From contig JBBQFH010000042.1 in NCBI GenBank assembly GCA_038321865.1, forward strand, positions 1 to 17,555: a stretch of DNA of 17,555 nucleotides, written 5' to 3'. Made by a program: the position numbers and the translations under genes. The notes beneath the pieces are model-generated. The model saw nothing but the letters and a program-made list of their open reading frames with translations, did no database searches and was not told the origin of the DNA. This document shows, one piece after another, positions 16,839 to 17,555 of this stretch (position 1 is its first letter; every line of letters starts with the position of its first letter). The DNA comes from Gemmatimonadales bacterium. Its GTDB lineage: Bacteria; Gemmatimonadota; Gemmatimonadetes; Gemmatimonadales; GWC2-71-9.

Positions 16839-16866
16839 TTGACCGCGGCGACGGCCGGCGTACCTT
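16839..16866 (+). promoter_or_regulatory. Putative sigma70-type promoter of the LysM gene (TTGACC-N16-TACCTT)
   Basis: Plus-strand -35 TTGACC at 16839-16844 and -10 TACCTT at 16861-16866. Confidence 0.45.
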
Positions 16867-16929
16867 GGAGCAGCCCTCTGAACTTCCACCGGGCGCCCTC
16901 GCGGGCGGCCAATCCCCGACCTTTGGATC

Positions 16930-17555
16930 ATGGATACAACGCATGTCGTGGTGCAGGGCGAGTACCTGTCGCTCATCGCGGCCCGCTCCGGGTTCCGCGA
17001 CCACCTGGTGATCTGGGATCACCCCGCCAACGCGGCGCTCAAGCAATTGCGCAAAAACCCCAACGTGCTGCTGCCGGGAGATCGGGTGGTCATCCCCGAA
17101 CGAAGCCCGGGGCTCGTTGCCGCGGCGACGGGTCAGGTCAATGCGTTCGTGGCAAACCCGGGCGACGTGCTCGTGAATATCGCTTTTGAGGATCCGAGCC
17201 GGCAGCCGATGGCCACCCGCGCGGGGAACCTCACGGTCGGGGTGACGTCGCGGCGCGGCAACGGTTTTCTGGTCCGCGGACCGACACCGGCGACGACCGA
17301 CGACAAGGGCAAGTTTCCCCTCATCTTCCGGAATGCCCTCACCGTCGGTGCGCTCCCGACCGACGGCGCGTTCGTGATGGATCCGGCCGTACCGCTCCCC
17401 CGCGCCCCGTTCCGGTTCCTCGTCGGCAGCCTCGACCCACTCGATACCCGTTCGGGCCAGCGCGCGCGCCTCAACAACCTGGGCTACTTCTCCGGCTTCG
17501 GCGAGCAGGATGACGACCAGCTCCTCTGGGCCATCGAGGAGTTCCAGGCCGACGA
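16930..17555 (+). CDS. LysM-like domain + C-terminal peptidoglycan-binding (PG_binding_1-like) protein, partial (runs off window end)
   Basis: Absent from the ORF track; hand translation from ATG 16930 is open to the window end. LysM-like MDTTHVVVQGEYLSLIAARSGF....IWDHPANAALKQLRKNPNVLLPGDRVVIP. PGBD-like LDPLDTRSGQRARLNNLGYF...DDQLLWAIEEFQAD. Confidence 0.8.
   Translation, partial: MDTTHVVVQGEYLSLIAARSGFRDHLVIWDHPANAALKQLRKNPNVLLPGDRVVIPERSPGLVAAATGQVNAFVANPGDVLVNIAFEDPSRQPMATRAGNLTVGVTSRRGNGFLVRGPTPATTDDKGKFPLIFRNALTVGALPTDGAFVMDPAVPLPRAPFRFLVGSLDPLDTRSGQRARLNNLGYFSGFGEQDDDQLLWAIEEFQAD

Noticed and set aside
4072..17011. Long plus-strand ORFs (4963..6903, 5832..7328, 6928..8451, 8860..10326, 11597..13165, 13311..14936, 15206..17011)
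   Set aside because: They are antisense to well-supported T6SS genes, and stop-codon scarcity at high GC explains their length.
1..17555. CRISPR array, tRNA/rRNA, IS elements, intrinsic terminators
   Set aside because: No spaced direct repeats, RNA-gene signatures, transposase motifs or hairpin-plus-U-tract structures were seen, and nearly all the sequence is coding.

Overview
This is high-GC bacterial DNA (roughly 70% by eye) dominated by one tightly coupled minus-strand operon of about 12.9 kb (16605->3709) encoding a contractile type VI secretion system: tssB, tssC, a small orphan ORF, tssD/hcp, tssE, vgrG, tssF, a PASTA-tssG fusion, tssK, clpV/tssH and a membrane FHA protein. Sheath, tube and TssK motifs resemble the Bacteroidota subtype (T6SSiii), but the DNA is very GC-rich. 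The operon has no recognisable membrane complex (no TssJLM, no TssNOPQR), and no TssA or PAAR. It ends in a signal peptide-TPR-TM-FHA gene that overlaps tail-to-tail with a second membrane protein (FHA-like, TM, TPR-like, M15/LAS peptidase-like). At the right end a divergently transcribed LysM + peptidoglycan-binding protein (truncated) shares back-to-back sigma70-like promoters with the operon. At the left end is a truncated DUF5916-type exported protein. All family calls come from motif recognition by eye; no database searches were run.
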